This document shows, piece by piece, positions 38,740-52,839 of a stretch of 64,000 nucleotides of DNA. The DNA comes from Okamejei kenojei. Its lineage: Eukaryota. The position numbers and the translations under genes were made by a program. Below the pieces are notes generated by a model. That model had not been told where the DNA came from. It worked only from the letters and a program-made list of their open reading frames with translations, and made no database searches. Position 1 is the stretch's first letter, and each line of letters starts with the position of its first letter. The stretch lies in contig CM069134.1 in NCBI GenBank assembly GCA_035221665.1, forward strand, positions 86,862,001 through 86,926,000, given 5' to 3'.

Positions 38740-39085
38740 ATCAGGCCGGAGATGCAGAAATTTGAAAACACATACCTCCAGATTCAGAAATCGTTTTTTT
38801 CCGAGCTATTAGTCAGCAACTGAATGGTCCTCACACCAGCTGTAGTGTGGTTCTGACCTCCCGTCTACCTCATTGGGGACCTTTGAACTTTCGTTAATCG
38901 GATTTTATTGGAATTCGATGTTATATCTTTTCACTACATGTTGTACCCTTTAACCTTTATCTTTTCACTGTGGGCGGCCTGATTGTATTCATGTATAGTT
39001 TTTTTTTTACTGGATAGCATGAAACAAAAGTTTTTTTGCTGTACCTCAGTGCACATGACAATAATAAACTAAACTAAACTAAAAT
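38740..39085 (+). mobile_element. Rex1/Babar-like LINE 3' end
   Basis: catacctccagattcag..acatgacaataataaactaaactaaac tail. Confidence 0.7.
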
Positions 39086-41499
39086 ACAGCTACTCATATG
39101 CAAAGCCTTAATCAAATACAGGGTGCACACCTTGGTAGGCGTGTAATGTTAAAATACTTCAGAAATTCCAGGCATTAAAAGTTTAAGTTCCAAGCTCAAC
39201 AAGATGACAATTGAATGAGTTCATGGAACAATTGGAGGGAAAAGAGGAGCGCAGAACATGTGGCTATTGCCTAAAGGTTATGTCCTGGCCATTGGGCAGA
39301 GCTTGGTCACATAAAAGGGAGTGAGAATCTGGAACTCCTGCCCTCCTAGAAGGTTGTTGAGGCTGTTGGAAACTTAAGAAATGAGGGTGACATTTTTTTG
39401 TTGGGAAATACCTTGATAAAAACAAAGCAGATGGACTGAGTAAAGAAACAAGTCTGCCATTTTATAATTGAATGCAAAAAAAATACAAGTTCAAGGGACA
39501 AATGGCCTCCTCCTGTTCCCCATGCTCCTTCAATCCTTATCTTCTTTGATGCTGGGAGGTTTAATAAAGAGCGTCACATGCAGCACTGTAAGCCTGAATT
39601 CAGGTGCAAGTTGAACCTCCCTCAATCTGTTGAATTTAATCAGCAATGAATGGCTGGCACTTTAAACCTTGGGTTTAATCCAGGGAAGCAGCAGAACTTG
39701 GTCTCTGTGGCTTTGTGCTGGAATAGCGATCTGCGAGAGGTGACGTGATCCACACATCAGCCACACGTAAAACCACGAGGCTTAACAGCTCTTGTTAGGA
39801 ATTGAATTTGCCAAAATAAAACGAGTGCTTGAGAAATGCTATGCAGAATGCTGTGCACTCCTGCATCAATTCCACAATGCCTTCTGTCAGGCCAATTTTA
39901 CTTATGTCTATTTCGATTTATACTTAAAGTGAGCAGAATAAAGAAAAGCGAAAAAGAAAAATAAGACTAATAATAAAACAAATTGTAGGAAAGAATGTGC
40001 CATTAAATCTGAACTACAAATTGCCCTTTTGTCTTATATGACTGGTATTTGAGTAAATTTGTTTTTAACAGTGCTGCCCCAATAGTACAAAACAATTGGA
40101 TTTTTAGAGTTAATGAACAGTATTTCTCCAAGAGTTAAAGGGCTTTATTTTATGCTAATCAAAAGCTTGGTTACCAGTACGGGGTGTCAACCTTTTTATT
40201 ACAGGATCGTAGTATCATAATGCACAATTCTGCCTAATTAGTTCCATTCTGGGCAAGCTGAATTAAGAGCTGCTCACAACCTGAAGTAATGATCAATCGG
40301 AAATGAATTTAGGAAAATAACTGATCTCTTTGGGTAGACATATGGATATGCAGGGGGGGAGGAATATGGGTTAAGTGCAGGTAGATAAGTGATGGTCTTG
40401 GCATTATGTTTGGCACATACATCGTGGGCCGAAGGGCCTGTTCTTGTGCTGTACTGTTCTATGTTGTATGTTCTTCACATTGAGTCGTAGCAACTGTATT
40501 GACAAGGCAGCACTAGCATCCCATCTGCCTGGTAGCCTCTGAGGTGATCAGTAATTCCTTAAGAGATTCAGTAATATTATTACCTTGTGTTGGAAAAATA
40601 TTAGATCATGCTCCTTTTCATGTTATTTCAGTCTGTGTTATAAATGATAAATTGCTCTCTTTTGACTATTATTGAGGTTAAAAATTATTATAAACTAATA
40701 CAGGACTGTTTAGGAGCAGAATGAGCCTTACTTTGACTCGCTGGAATTGCAGATCTTTTGAAGCTGGAAGTAGTTCCTCTGGTTTCTATTACACTGTTAA
40801 GTTATCAACCACTGCACAATGAAAAATGTGAATTCTTTGAAAATAGACTATCAAGGGTTAAAAAAAAGGGATGTATCTTTCTGGACTGTTCTTCAACCTT
40901 TGTGCATTCAAAGTGTTTTGTAGCCAATTAAATAGATTTTAAACATAATAATTTTGATTGCTGAAATCCTGGCAGACAATTGTGCATAGCAAGCTCCCAC
41001 AAACAACAGTGAGATTATGATCAAATGATCTCCCTTCTGGTGATGATGACAGTGGGGACACTCTCTGTGCTCTAAAGTAAATGCAGGAAACACTCAGCAG
41101 GTCGGGCAGCATCTGAGGAGAGAAAGACATCAGTTAACATTTCAATTGCTGTTTAATCTTTTACACTCATCTCAGATAGAGTCTCAGTTGAACACCTCAA
41201 ATGAAGGGCTGTGCCTCTAACTAAGAAACACTCCTTCAACACACCACACCATTTTATCTTCAGCTATGAATATTCATATGGTCATGTGATAGGAGCAGAA
41301 TTAGGCCATTCGACCCATCAAATTTACTCCGCCATTCAATCATGGCTCGTAAACCCACTCTCCTGCCTTCTCCTCATAATCCCCGACACCGGTACTAATC
41401 AAGAATCAGCCTTGTAAATATCTGTTGACCTGGCCACCAGCAAAATTCAATATTCAACGCCCTCTTCTTGCCTGGCACTTTGCTGCAGTTTCTCACTAG

Positions 41500-42320
41500 G
41501 TTTGGATTTGGGTTTATTATTGTCACGTGTACCGAGGTACAATGAAAAGCTTTGTTTTGCATGCTATGCTAATAGATCAGATATATCATACATAAATACG
41601 ATCAAGTCAATAGATAAAACATAAAGGAAGATACAGAGTGCTGAGTATTGTTCTCAGCATTGTATAACATCCATTCCATCAACAAAATTCACTGTCCACA
41701 ATGGGTAGAGTGAATTGGACTCTACCCTAGCTTATGGAAGGACTTTTCAGAAGCCTGATAATGGAAGGGAAGAAGCCTGTTTCTGTGTCCGGTGGTGCAT
41801 GCTTCCAAGCCTCTGTACCTGCTACAAGATACAATACAATATAATACAAATTTATGCAATACAATACAATACACATTTATTCATCACAATACACAATAGC
41901 TTTTAACATAGACATCCACCACAGCATTCTTCACCGTGGTGGAAGGCAACAAAGTTCAGTCAGTCCTCCTCCTTTGTTCATCCGTAGTCAGGGCCATGAA
42001 CCCTCCGTAGTCACCGCTACGGACGGCCAGATGTGCATGCCCTCTCGTTGGGATTATCGAAACTCCCACGTCGGGATGGTCGAACACACTCCACGGCTTG
42101 GAGTGCCAGAATTGGCCACTTTCTTACCGGAAACCGCGGCTTCAGGATGTTATAGGCCGCAGGTCGGCAGTCGGGGCTCTTCTCCGGCGATCCCCGGCAA
42201 GGGATCCCCGGCATGGGTGCAGGGAGGAAAAGGAAGGGTGGGACAGGTCTTTGATTATGTTTGCTGCTTTTCTGAGGTAACGTGAAGTGTATATGGAGTA
42301 AATGGCGGGAAGTCTATCAA
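41500..42320 (-). mobile_element. Rex-like LINE fragment interrupted by a GC-rich retroposon (about 41825-42212)
   Basis: LINE sequence resumes after 42212; insert has an (ATTGT)n tail and shares gccttccaccac.gtga with the 48340-49031 element. Confidence 0.6.
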
Positions 42321-42470
42321 ATCAGTAGTTTGTTAATTCATCCACAGTACATCAGATTGCCTGCTATTCCGCACCAACGACAACACTACAAAACTAATGC
42401 TTCCAGTATGGAGCTGGGGACGTATTAACCCACGCTAGCATAGAATTAACATGCGAAGGAACTAAAGAGA

Positions 42471-42570
42471 AACTGAAGAAGGGTCTCGACCCGAAACATC
42501 ACCGATTCCTTCCCTCCAGAGATGATGCCTGTCCCACCGAGTTACTCCAGCATTTTGTGTCTACCGAAAG
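42471..42570 (+). mobile_element. Penelope-derived short element with hammerhead core
   Basis: CTGAAGA(42473) a gggt-ctcg-accc GAAAC ATC. Confidence 0.75.
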
Positions 42571-44254
42571 ATAAACTTAGATTTATGTAGTACCCTTCAT
42601 ATCCTTTTCCTGTTTTGGTGTTGAATGAGAGATAAATGTTGGCCAGCACACTATATGAATACCCCTGGTCTTTTCCAAAATAGTACTTTGGGACCTCCCA
42701 CCTCACCAGGAAGGAACAGGACCCGCCTCAGCTTTATGTTTCTTTGTTTCTATGGTATTTGTCGTGAAATAGATGGAAGAGAAAGCTGTTTGGCCCCTTA
42801 AGCCTACATTTCCATCCTCTGAGACTGTGGCTGTGCCTCAACCTGGTCCAGAAATTCCTCAGTTCCCTCGAATATACTCTATAACTAAATACCTCAGGAG
42901 CAGAGAATTCCAGGATCTGAGTGAGGACATTTCCTCTCCTACCTGTCTAACTTTCTCAGTTAACCTGACTGTGCCTCAACCCTAGAATCTTTAGTCAGAT
43001 GGAACAGTATCAACCCTGATAATCCCGTTTGGAATTTTATATGCCTCATTGCAGTAGTCTCCCACTTTTGCCGAGTATAGGTTTTCCCCACTCAATCAGT
43101 CCTCGTTGGACAACCCCACATTTCAGAGTACATATCATGCACACAGGGATGATGTTTACTCTGAAAACCCCCACAAAGTCAGAAACAGGCCCTACAGCCC
43201 ACTTAGTCCATGGTGATCATCAATAGCCCATGACCACTAATCCTATTTTTATTCTACTCTCAACTACCTTCAGATTCTTTCATTCACTTACACACCAGGG
43301 GCAATTAACAGAGGCCAATTAACCTACCAAACGGGACTTTGAAATGTGGGGAAAGCAGAGTGCCTGGGCGAAACTCACACAGTCACAGGGAGAAGGTACA
43401 AACTCCATACAGACAGAGCCAGAGGTCAGTTTTGAACGTGGGTGGCAGTTAGCTGTGAGGCAGACGCTCTACCATAGGTCATAGCAAGCATTCTGGATGA
43501 TAAATCAACAAACCACTGGCTTTATAGTAAAGAACAATGATGCAGTGGTTAGAAAGTGCAGCAGAATACCAGGCATTAAGAGGTCGAGTTGCATATCAAA
43601 TAAGTATTTTCCTGGTTTTGAAAATTCCTCCAGATAGTGGAAAATATAATGAAAGCCCTGGAGTATACAATAGCATTTGAAAACATGAATTTGTGACTGC
43701 TTTGAATCATCATTCATAACATGAAGACAGAAAATGAGCAATCTGGGAGTAGCACAGGATAGTTTGCTTGTGTTTGTTTTGTCTTATTTCCTGCATATTA
43801 CAGAGTGGTTTCATCTGTAATATTTGGATTCTGTCAAACCTCACTGAATCGTTGAGAGTTTGGCTCATTTTCCTTTCTCCTGTGCTGTTTATGATTTCCT
43901 CCCTTGTAAAATGATCACTGTTTTGTTAAAGCAGGTCATTGTGATGTTCAGGATCCTAGTGATGGGTTTAAAAAGAACCACCCTCCCTTCCACTCATCCT
44001 CTGTTGAGACGGATGGCATAGAATAGAGATCACTTCAAAAATGTCCAATATAATCAAAACCACATTTAGTGCTATTTTCTTACTTTAAAAAATATATATA
44101 TATATTTTGCACACCACAATGTGTCCCATATGGCTGGTACAGTTAGATTTTAATGTAAACTTTTCAGTTCTTAAGTCCAAAATATTGTGGTTAACTATGC
44201 GAGGGAAATGGTTCACTGTATGATACATGGAAGGCAGTTTGGTCTCATAAGTAG

Positions 44255-44757
44255 ATTCATAGAGTCTTAGAGCCATTCAGCACAGAAACAGGCACTTGTC
44301 CACATTGCCCATGCCGACCAAGATGCCGACCATTCCATATACTCACCACCCTCTGTATGAAAAGGTTGCCCCTCAGGTTCCTATTGAATCTTTCTCCTCT
44401 CACCTTAAACCTGTCCGCTAGGTTTTGATTCCCCCTAGTGTGGGTAAAATACTGTGCATTCACCCTATCTATTCCCTTCATATCTTAACCACCACTAAGA
44501 TCACCGCTCATGCTCTTACACTCCAAGAAATAATGTCCTAGCCTTCCCAACCTCTCTCAATAGCACAGGCCCTCGTGTCCTACCAATGAACCTCTATGTC
44601 TTTGGGATGTGGGAGGTAACCAGAGCATCCAGATGAAACCCATGCAGTCACAGGGAGAATGTGCAAACTCCACACAGACAGCACCCGAGGTCAGGATCGA
44701 ATCCGGGTGTCTGGCTCTGTGAGTCATCAACTTTACCAGCTGGGCCACTGATGTCCA
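44255..44757 (-). mobile_element. CR1 3' fragment followed by HE1 SINE 5' half
   Basis: RFKVRGERFNRNLRGN.F.QRVVSIWN, then HE1 head near 44750. Confidence 0.75.
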
Positions 44758-45207
44758 ACTTTTTATGTTCAAGGTGTGACTTCATATCCAGACAATAAAC
44801 CATAAAAAAGTGAGATTGATATATTTTTTATTTAATATCATCCTCCGTATCCTTGAAAATCTGCAGCATTATGATGGGGGTAAGAGCTCCGTGGGAGCTT
44901 TCATTGATTCCACTCTATTACTTCAGATTGCACCTCAATTTTTGAACCATTCTGCTGTTTTGGATTCATCATTGATTTATTGTTGTGTTGATCATTATCA
45001 TACATACTATGAGCTTCATGCAAATGAAGAATTATATTGTATTTTATTTTTGGTGTATATGACTATATACTAATGTGAATCTAAGTCTTGCAATGATGAT
45101 TAGATAACTGGCAAGTTTATGACTGGACCATGTGGTCTTTACAGCTGACATTATCCAGAGACCTCGTCTTAACCTAGGTCAACAGTGAGGATACACAGTG
45201 TAGTGGT

Positions 45208-45555
45208 TAATTTAGTTTAGTTTCATTTAGTTTAGTTTTGTTTGAGATGCAACGTGAAAACAGGCCCATCGTCCTCCAACCATCCCCCCCCGCGTCCACG
45301 CCGACCTTCGATCACTCGTCCAGACTAGTTTTATGTAATTTCACCTTCATATTCATTCACTACTCACTAGGGGAAATTTACAAAACTTACATACCTGTAC
45401 ATCTTCAGGATGTGGGAGGAAACTGGAGAACACAGAGGAAATGCACAGGTTCATGGAGTGAACATGCCAACTCCATACAGACGGAACCTGAGGTCTGGAT
45501 TGAATCCGTATCTCTGGTGCTGTAAGGCTCTACCAGCTATTCCACAGTGCCATGC
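45208..45555 (-). mobile_element. HE1-type V-SINE, diverged
   Basis: (tttag)n tail and HE1 body; further diverged copies at about 43180-43475 and 51930-52250. Confidence 0.7.
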
Positions 45556-46396
45556 ATTAATAAGCAAGGAAAAAAATCTGGGACAAAAAAAAAGAAATTG
45601 CAAATAGATCATCATTCATTTATATAACTGTCTTAACAAAGGAAAACCTCTCAGGGCACTTCACCTTAACATTGCGAACAGGGTCAACTATTTTTTGTTT
45701 TGATTTGGTTGTTTTTTGGGGGGGATTTTATTCAAGGGTGTTAAAATAGGGTGTTTTCACAAAGGCACTCAAAATGTCCATCACCTTTCAGCTTCCATAA
45801 AGAACTAGCAAATCAAAATCATTAATAGCAATTGCAGAGTAGCTCAGGCATAGTTATTTCTTTGACAAAATATTTTCTTTCAAATAATCATGTTTGCCTT
45901 TTGTTTTTTGGCAATGCTTTTATTTCTTGCACTGTTTTCTGCTTTAGTCATGCCATAAACCAGTGCATTCTGCAGTCACATGGGATTGATCAGTAGTCTG
46001 GATGAGGTTTTTAAAAGCCATGTCCAAGATTACTGAAAGCAAAATATATGTAAATGTAAATTCTGCATGGTTGACATTCACTGTTGGCACAGAGTTTGAT
46101 GCAAAGTTCCTTTGCGAGTGTTTGTTTTACAGTCTTTAATTGGTTAGAACCAAAATGTTCAAAACCTAGATATAAACAGAATTTGGCAGCAGATCGGTCA
46201 GGATAATTATTAGGATAAATGGCCAAAGACTTGTTCAAGTAGAGTCGTATGAAGGAATGGCTTAACGGTGTAGAAGGAGGTGGAGGGTCAGAGCGGCTTA
46301 AGGAGCTTCCAGGCTGCCAAAGGTGTGGCATTAGCGTACGGATTAAATTTGTAAATTTGGAATTGGACAATGCAGATATCATGGAATGTTGTAGGG

Positions 46397-46814
46397 CAGG
46401 GGTTAGCAACCTTGTTCTGCATAGGAGCCATGATGTGGTGGACCACATCTATCGCCATAGTTATTAAATAATTAATGATCGTTTAAAGAAATTGCAAGCA
46501 AAAATGTAACAATAAGACAATCACCCCCGCGACTAATTACACCTAAAGTGCAACACTGTAGCCAGAGCGGAATTCCTCACCGACCCCGCTGATGCTTCAC
46601 TTTGCACCAGCCCGCCCGCCGCTGGGCTCCCGAGGAAACCACTCCAGCACCGCCTCGCCGAAGCCACTCGCAGCCCGCTTCAGTTTCACACATGCCACGT
46701 GGAGGGCGCTTTGACTCCGGGTGGTCAGAAGGATGGAAGAAGGGGGTGGGAGGGTAGGGACGGAGAGAGATAGGTGTCATGATATGGAATTGGCTGTAAA
46801 TTTTCCGACCCCTG
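46397..46814. mobile_element. Non-autonomous hAT MITE
   Basis: Termini caggggt.../...acccctg; 8-bp TSD ttgtaggg / ttgcaggg (7 of 8 match). Confidence 0.8.
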
Positions 46815-48339
46815 TTGCAGGGCTTTAGGAGGTAAAGGAGGGCGGAAGTGTGCGAAGCAATAGGGAAGATTTGGGTAACATCTGGAAACTAAGCCCCAGA
46901 GGCATTTGCATTCAATCATTCACAATTGATATCTTTAGCTGGATATGTTGTCTCTTTGGATCCAAGGGGATAGTCAAGGGACAATTGATAGATGGAAGGA
47001 AAAACGCATGAGAATACCAGTATACCAACCCACTCATCTTAGTGCACGGACAAGTGACATTCGCGAATCTTGAATTTGCTGCTTGCTACATTTAGTGAGG
47101 TATGCATGAACAAGTTGGCATGGCAACGTTACAGTGTCCTGGTGCAACACTTAGGCCATTCAGAAAATTTGTAAACATTTGTCAAAGTCATCGTGTTAAT
47201 CAGCTGCTTGAGCAGGGGCTGCTTATTTTTCCAACAAATATCACGTAGAAATATAGTTATAAGGTAGTTAGTATCGTCTGTCTGTTTTTATTTGCTACTA
47301 ATGTTGGTGCATTTAGCTCACAGTCTGGGAGTAAACTATCATTGAGGTATTAAGAAAATGCATTCATTCGCACGATGCATGCATGCATAATATGCACAAA
47401 CTCGCGCACATACATGCATCCACACATGCACATACACACACACACATGCACATACACATGTGCACGCACACACTTGCACTGATTGTTTTCTCAAGTCAAG
47501 TTGAGTTTATTGTCAAATACACAGCTACAATGAGGTACAGGTGCAATGAAAATCATGCTTGCAGCAGCATCAAGGCATATAGACAATATGCAAAAACATA
47601 AATTGAACATAATTTACACATAAATTCTGCAAGGCAGTGAAAAGTATAACACTGTGTAAAAAACATCATATCTAAATCTATATAATTGCTTGTTCTGCGC
47701 AATTGATCATAGCAGAAAAAATCTGAAATTATATCTACTTAATAAAACCATGTGGACCAATAGCTAGATGCAAAAATAGGATTTCCATTAATATGAATGT
47801 GCTGATCAATGTTGAGAGATGTCCAGCCAATTTGGTTTTTAAATAGGATTACAGGGATCGTATAGGCCATTTGGTTCAATTTCTTCATGCTGGTGCTTTT
47901 GGTGCACCTCTCTACCTTCTCCATTTCACTGATCACCTTCCCTATTCCTCTCTTCCTTATGCATTTCATACAGCTCCCTTAAAACCCATCTTGGCTTTCA
48001 CTTCAGAGTAAAGGGCTGTCCCATTTAGGCGACTTTTTCGGCAACTGCCGGCGACTGTCATATTCGCAGCAGGTCGCCGAAAAACCGGCGACGGGACCCC
48101 CCCTACAGCAATGTCTGCTACAAGCTACAAAAACCTGTCACCTAGTCGACGTCAAGCTACAGCAAGCTACCAACAACCGGCGACCCATTAGCACGTCCAC
48201 CTAAAACCACACCTACGACAACCTACGTCCACCCGCGACAAGCTACAACCCTGTCGGCGACAACTGAAGACAACTTAAGACAATTCAGTTGCCGCTACCT
48301 GTCGCCGGTTGACGTAGGTTGACGTAGATAGTCGGCAAG

Positions 48340-49031
48340 CGCTGGCTGGCAGCTGCGGCTCACCTGCAGTCCGTCTGTTTTTTTCTTTTTTTTGTTGTCT
48401 TCTAGTGTTTGTTTAGTAGAATTTTGTTTTATTAGGTTGTGGAGTGTGGGGGGGTGGGGGGGGTGGGAGAAACAGATTTTTAGTTTCACCCTTCGGGGGG
48501 GATGCGTGTCCCCTGTCACCATCTGTGCTGAGGCCTAATGGCGGAGCTGTGGCGGCGGCCTGGTTTGGAGCTGTGGTGCTCCAGCGGCGGCGGCGGCCCA
48601 GCTTAGAGCTGCGGTGCTCCAGCGGCGGCAGCGGTCCAGCTTAGAGCTGCGGTGCTCCAGTGGCGGCGGAGGCCCAGCTTAGAGCTGCGGTGCTCCAGCG
48701 GCGGCGGCGGCCCAGCTTAGAGCTGCGGTGCTCCAGTGGCGGCGGCGGCCCAGCTTAGAGCTGCGGTGCTCCAGTGGCGGCGGCGGCCCAGCCTAGAGCT
48801 GCGGTGCTCCAGCGGCGGCGGCGGTCTGGATCGCATCAGCGCAGAGGGAGAACTAGGAGGGATGAAGACAATGACTTAAGTCTTTTGCCTTCCACCACAG
48901 TGAGGAGGTGCCTGGTGAACTCATTGTGGTGTATGTTGGATATGTGTTTATTGTGTGTTTTTTTTTAATATGTTATGACTGTATGGTAACAATTTCGTTC
49001 AGACAATAAAGGAATCTAATCTAATCTAATC
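48340..49031 (+). mobile_element. GC-rich non-coding retroposon
   Basis: Ends AATAAA plus (ATCTA)n tail; carries a 38-bp array; left boundary approximate. Confidence 0.6.
48565..48824 (+). repeat. 38-bp minisatellite, about 7 copies
   Basis: Unit cccagcttagagctgcggtgctccagYggcggcggcgg starting at 48597, 48635, 48673, 48711, 48749 and 48787. Confidence 0.95.
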
Positions 49032-49350
49032 AATGGAATTCCACGAAGTCAGCATAGGCGACAACCTACGTCACCTGGCAACAACCTATGTCATCCTAGC
49101 ATTAACCTACTTCATCCTGGCGACAACCTACGACAGCACCTACGTCAGGAGAAGTCAAGCTACGCTCTTTCTGTCTACCTGGAATCCTACATCTATCTCT
49201 CTGTCAATCGGTTTATTTGAGTATCTATCAATCAATCTAATGTAAAAGCAGCAAATGTTAGAAACACACAAAAGGTCAAGCAACATGGAGAAAAAACATT
49301 AATGTTTCAGGTAGATGACCTTACCTTAATTAATCAATCAGTCCAACTAT

Positions 49351-49445
49351 CAGTCCGAAGAAGGGTCTCGACCCGAAACGTCGCCCATTACTTTTCTCCA
49401 GAGGTGCTGCCTCACCCGCTGAGTTACTCCAGCATTTTGTGACTA
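49351..49445 (+). mobile_element. Penelope-derived short element with hammerhead-like core
   Basis: cagtCCGAAGAagggtctcgacccGAAACGTC (core U changed to C). Confidence 0.75.
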
Positions 49446-50239
49446 CTAACTAGCTGGATATCTGTCTATCTTTCTGCCTCTCTTTTCCTTTGTCTCTCTC
49501 TCAACTTATCCATTCATTTATTCATCTCTCCATTTTTTTCTGCCTATTTGCCTGTCTGTGTCTGGGCATAGGTGTCAGGCCTCCAACTGGAATCGACCTT
49601 GAGGGCTCTGGTCGCAGAGCCTGTGGACTTACCATCACGGAGCTGGCTGACCAGAGGCTGTGATGGAGGTTTTGCTGCAACATGTTTCACAAATCATGGG
49701 GCGGGGGGGTGGGGGGGGGAATGTCCGCCAGCTCTCAAAGCATGGGGGGGACAGCCCCCCCCCCCCCGTTTCCCCCCAGGATTTCCGTCCATCTATCAAT
49801 GTTTGCTAATCTCTGCATCTGTCGCCCTACACACCTGTCACTTCAGTTCACCAGTCTTTCACTGTTTGTCCGATTATCTGTATCCATATATCAATCCGTA
49901 TCCCGCTCTCTCTATCCATACATCTATCCACCTCTCTTTCTCTGTCTACCTCTCTCTCTCTTTTGCTATCTTTCTTTGTCTAGTTATCTAGTTATCTCCC
50001 TCCCTTTCTTTTGGTCACTCAGCTTACCTATCACCCTTTCCATTTCTCAGATAATCAATGTAAATATATTTATCTGTCCCTTCTTTCTTTCTGTTTATCT
50101 GTCTTTGCATGCCAGCTATCCATTTGCCCCTCTGCTTTGTCCTTATTACACCGTGTCGCTTTAGACAGAACACTGTACAGGTAGAAACAGAAACATATTG
50201 CTACTTGCTGATTCCTTTGGTTCCTGTATCTCGATCGAT

Positions 50240-50500
50240 GGCGAGTGTGTAATCAGAACCACTGATTCTATCTGCTGCTGCAGAGGGCTGAATGGCGGCA
50301 GGCTGTTTCGTATATTAATGAAGTTACTCATCAGCTGTTAGAAGCATTAGCGGTAACACCTGGATGAGATAAGGCCATTCAGAGAGATAACGAGCAAGGT
50401 AATAATTCCCAAAGGCCTTCATCCCTGGTCAAAAATATAAACCCTGCGTTATACACCTCTATGGCCACTTCATCCTTTGATCCTTAGTTTAGGAAGAAAT
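50240..50500. promoter_or_regulatory. Candidate conserved non-coding element
   Basis: Repeat-free; ATTAAT, CAGCTG, CACCTG and two AGATAA sites. Confidence 0.4.
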
Positions 50501-50787
50501 ATCCCACTTGAATCGATTATGAACAAAGGTTTTTGGATATTCTTTTCATCAGAGCTTGTAACACAGTTTCTATTTTACGTCTTCCCCGTGCCTTCCCGTG
50601 TCTCCACATAGCAATCAGAGAGAAGTCTTTATACTGTGAGGGTTGGCTGGGGAGGGGGTGTGTGCTGTTGTTGGGGAGAGGAGGGGGGGGGGGGAGGGGG
50701 GTGGAGATGTGGGCTGCGGGGACAGAATAAAAAGAAAAGGGCTTCAGGCTTCAATGCATCTTTCCAGGTGCTTTATCCTGCATGATT

Positions 50788-50919
50788 NNNNNNNNNNNNN
50801 NNNNNNNNNNNNNNNNNNNNNNNNNNNNNNNNNNNNNNNNNNNNNNNNNNNNNNNNNNNNNNNNNNNNNNNNNNNNNNNNNNNNNNNNNNNNNNNNNNNN
50901 NNNNNNNNNNNNNNNNNNN
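50788..50919. other. Assembly gap (N run)
   Basis: Direct inspection. Confidence 1.
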
Positions 50920-52839
50920 CGACATGACCTTTCATGATTAAGTTTCATGGTGGAATTTTTGATGGATTGATTTACCCGCAGTGATGGGGACCCAGCACGT
51001 GAATGGCTGTCACTTTCATTTCTTTCTTAGCCGGGGGAGAGCAAAGTGATGAGAAGGCAGCCGAGGGTTGGGGTTGTGCTGGGTGGTTGCGGTGGGTGGG
51101 TGGGGAGGGGAGTTGCTGAAACATGTGGAAGACTGCACCATGTCCAAGCCCCTCTTCACGTGTCTGGAAAATGCCATGTAATTGACAAGAGATCTTAAAG
51201 CTGCAATCAGCACTGTTGTCCGTCAGATTAAGCTGAAGCCCATTTTGAACACTCAGTGGTATTTTAGAGGTTGGCGAGTCTCTTATCAGCATCATTGCTC
51301 TTATAAATGCGAAAACGTGCAATACAGTACGGCTCCCATACCACTTTCAAAGTCTTTTGGAAAATGGGAGCAATTTAACAAAATGCCGTAAACCTTTAAA
51401 ACAAATTCCAAGATTCAGACGTGAGATTGACATGTTTGTGAGAAATCGTGCCAATCTCAGCAACAGGTGATGTGTGTATATGCACATAGTTTTTTTGGTA
51501 ACAAAGGAAGACAAACCAGTATTTAAGTTCACCTGCATTAATTCCTACCCTGATAGGAATATTTGCTTGCATTACTCTGAACTGAGACCCTGTCCCCACT
51601 TCATTGATTAACCCTTCATGCTCAGCAAAACTGACCAACTTTAGAAATGAATTCCTTCCATTCTGTCACATGAATTGTGGAATTCACTCCCCCCCCCCCC
51701 CCGGTCCCCCACTCCCACCCTTCCCCACATCCGACATCAAGGGTTAGGGGACAGGCCTTTCAGCCCATCAAAACTATTCCAAATTCAGATTCTGGTTGAT
51801 GAGCACCTTATCTCAACCCACCTGACTTGTTTCTGTAGCTCCCACTAAACCTGCTTACCTACTGACCCTCCCTCCACCACAACTTTTCTGATGGAGGAAG
51901 TTCCTGAGTTATAATCATGGAGCCGCAGAACTTGAAAACAAGCCCTTCGGCCCTTCGAGCCAGTGCTAACCTACGAACACCAATTTTCACTAATCCTGCA
52001 CGAACCCCATTTTATTCTCTCCACATTCCTCCCAGCTTTTCCAAGTTTCTAACACTCACAACATACGAAGGGCTCAGAAAGATCAATTAAGCTGTCCAGA
52101 ACTACTTGAGTTATGTGGGAGAAAACTGGGGCACTTGTTAGGAACAATGCAAACACAGGGAGAACGTGCAAACTTCACAACGACAGCACCTGAGGTCAGG
52201 ATGGAATTTGGGTAACTGGAGTTGTGAGGTAGCATCTCATCTGCTAACTCTCTGCTGTTTCAAAAGCCTTTGAGCCAAGGACTCATTACTGACACCTAAT
52301 TCTAATTTTCTACCTTTTGACCTGGACTTGCCCTACTAGTGGATATTGGTTCACTCCCTTCACGTATGATCAACCTAATGACCATCACAAACAGCTCAAG
52401 TAATCATCCTTTAATCCTCTTAGGGTTAGTAGACAATTTGCTGATTTAAACATATTTTGCTTCAAAAGGAACCCTTTCACATCTGGGTTTGAAATTCTGG
52501 GAACATTCAGGCAGCATCTGTGGAGAGAGAAACAGAATTAACACTTTGTGTCAGAAACTTTTCATTAGAACCTGAAACCTTAACTATGTTTCTCTTTCCA
52601 CAGACTGTCTGAACTGCTGAGTATCTCCAGCATTTCCTGCTTTTATTGCAGATTTTCAGTATCTGTGGACTTTGATTACCTGGTATTGAAACTCAGGTCC
52701 ATGGGGTTTAGTGGGACTGACCTTCAGAAGCAGAGGAAGGTTACACTAGCACACGTTTCATTTCTATTAAGTTACTTCAAATATCTCCAATCTATCAATT
52801 CCGAGAAGGCATCTGAAAACATATGGCATGTCCAAGAGG

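Larger units (their letters stand above)
48012..49168. mobile_element. Harbinger MITE (left end) split by a nested retroposon
   Basis: TAA then agggctgtcccatttaggcgacttttt, similar to the 1317 TIR; cgacaacctacg repeats on both sides of the insert; right TIR not found. Confidence 0.7.

Noticed and set aside
48565-48824. 38-bp repeat array as a CRISPR-like locus
   Set aside because: Units are head-to-tail with no unique spacers, no cas genes, eukaryotic context
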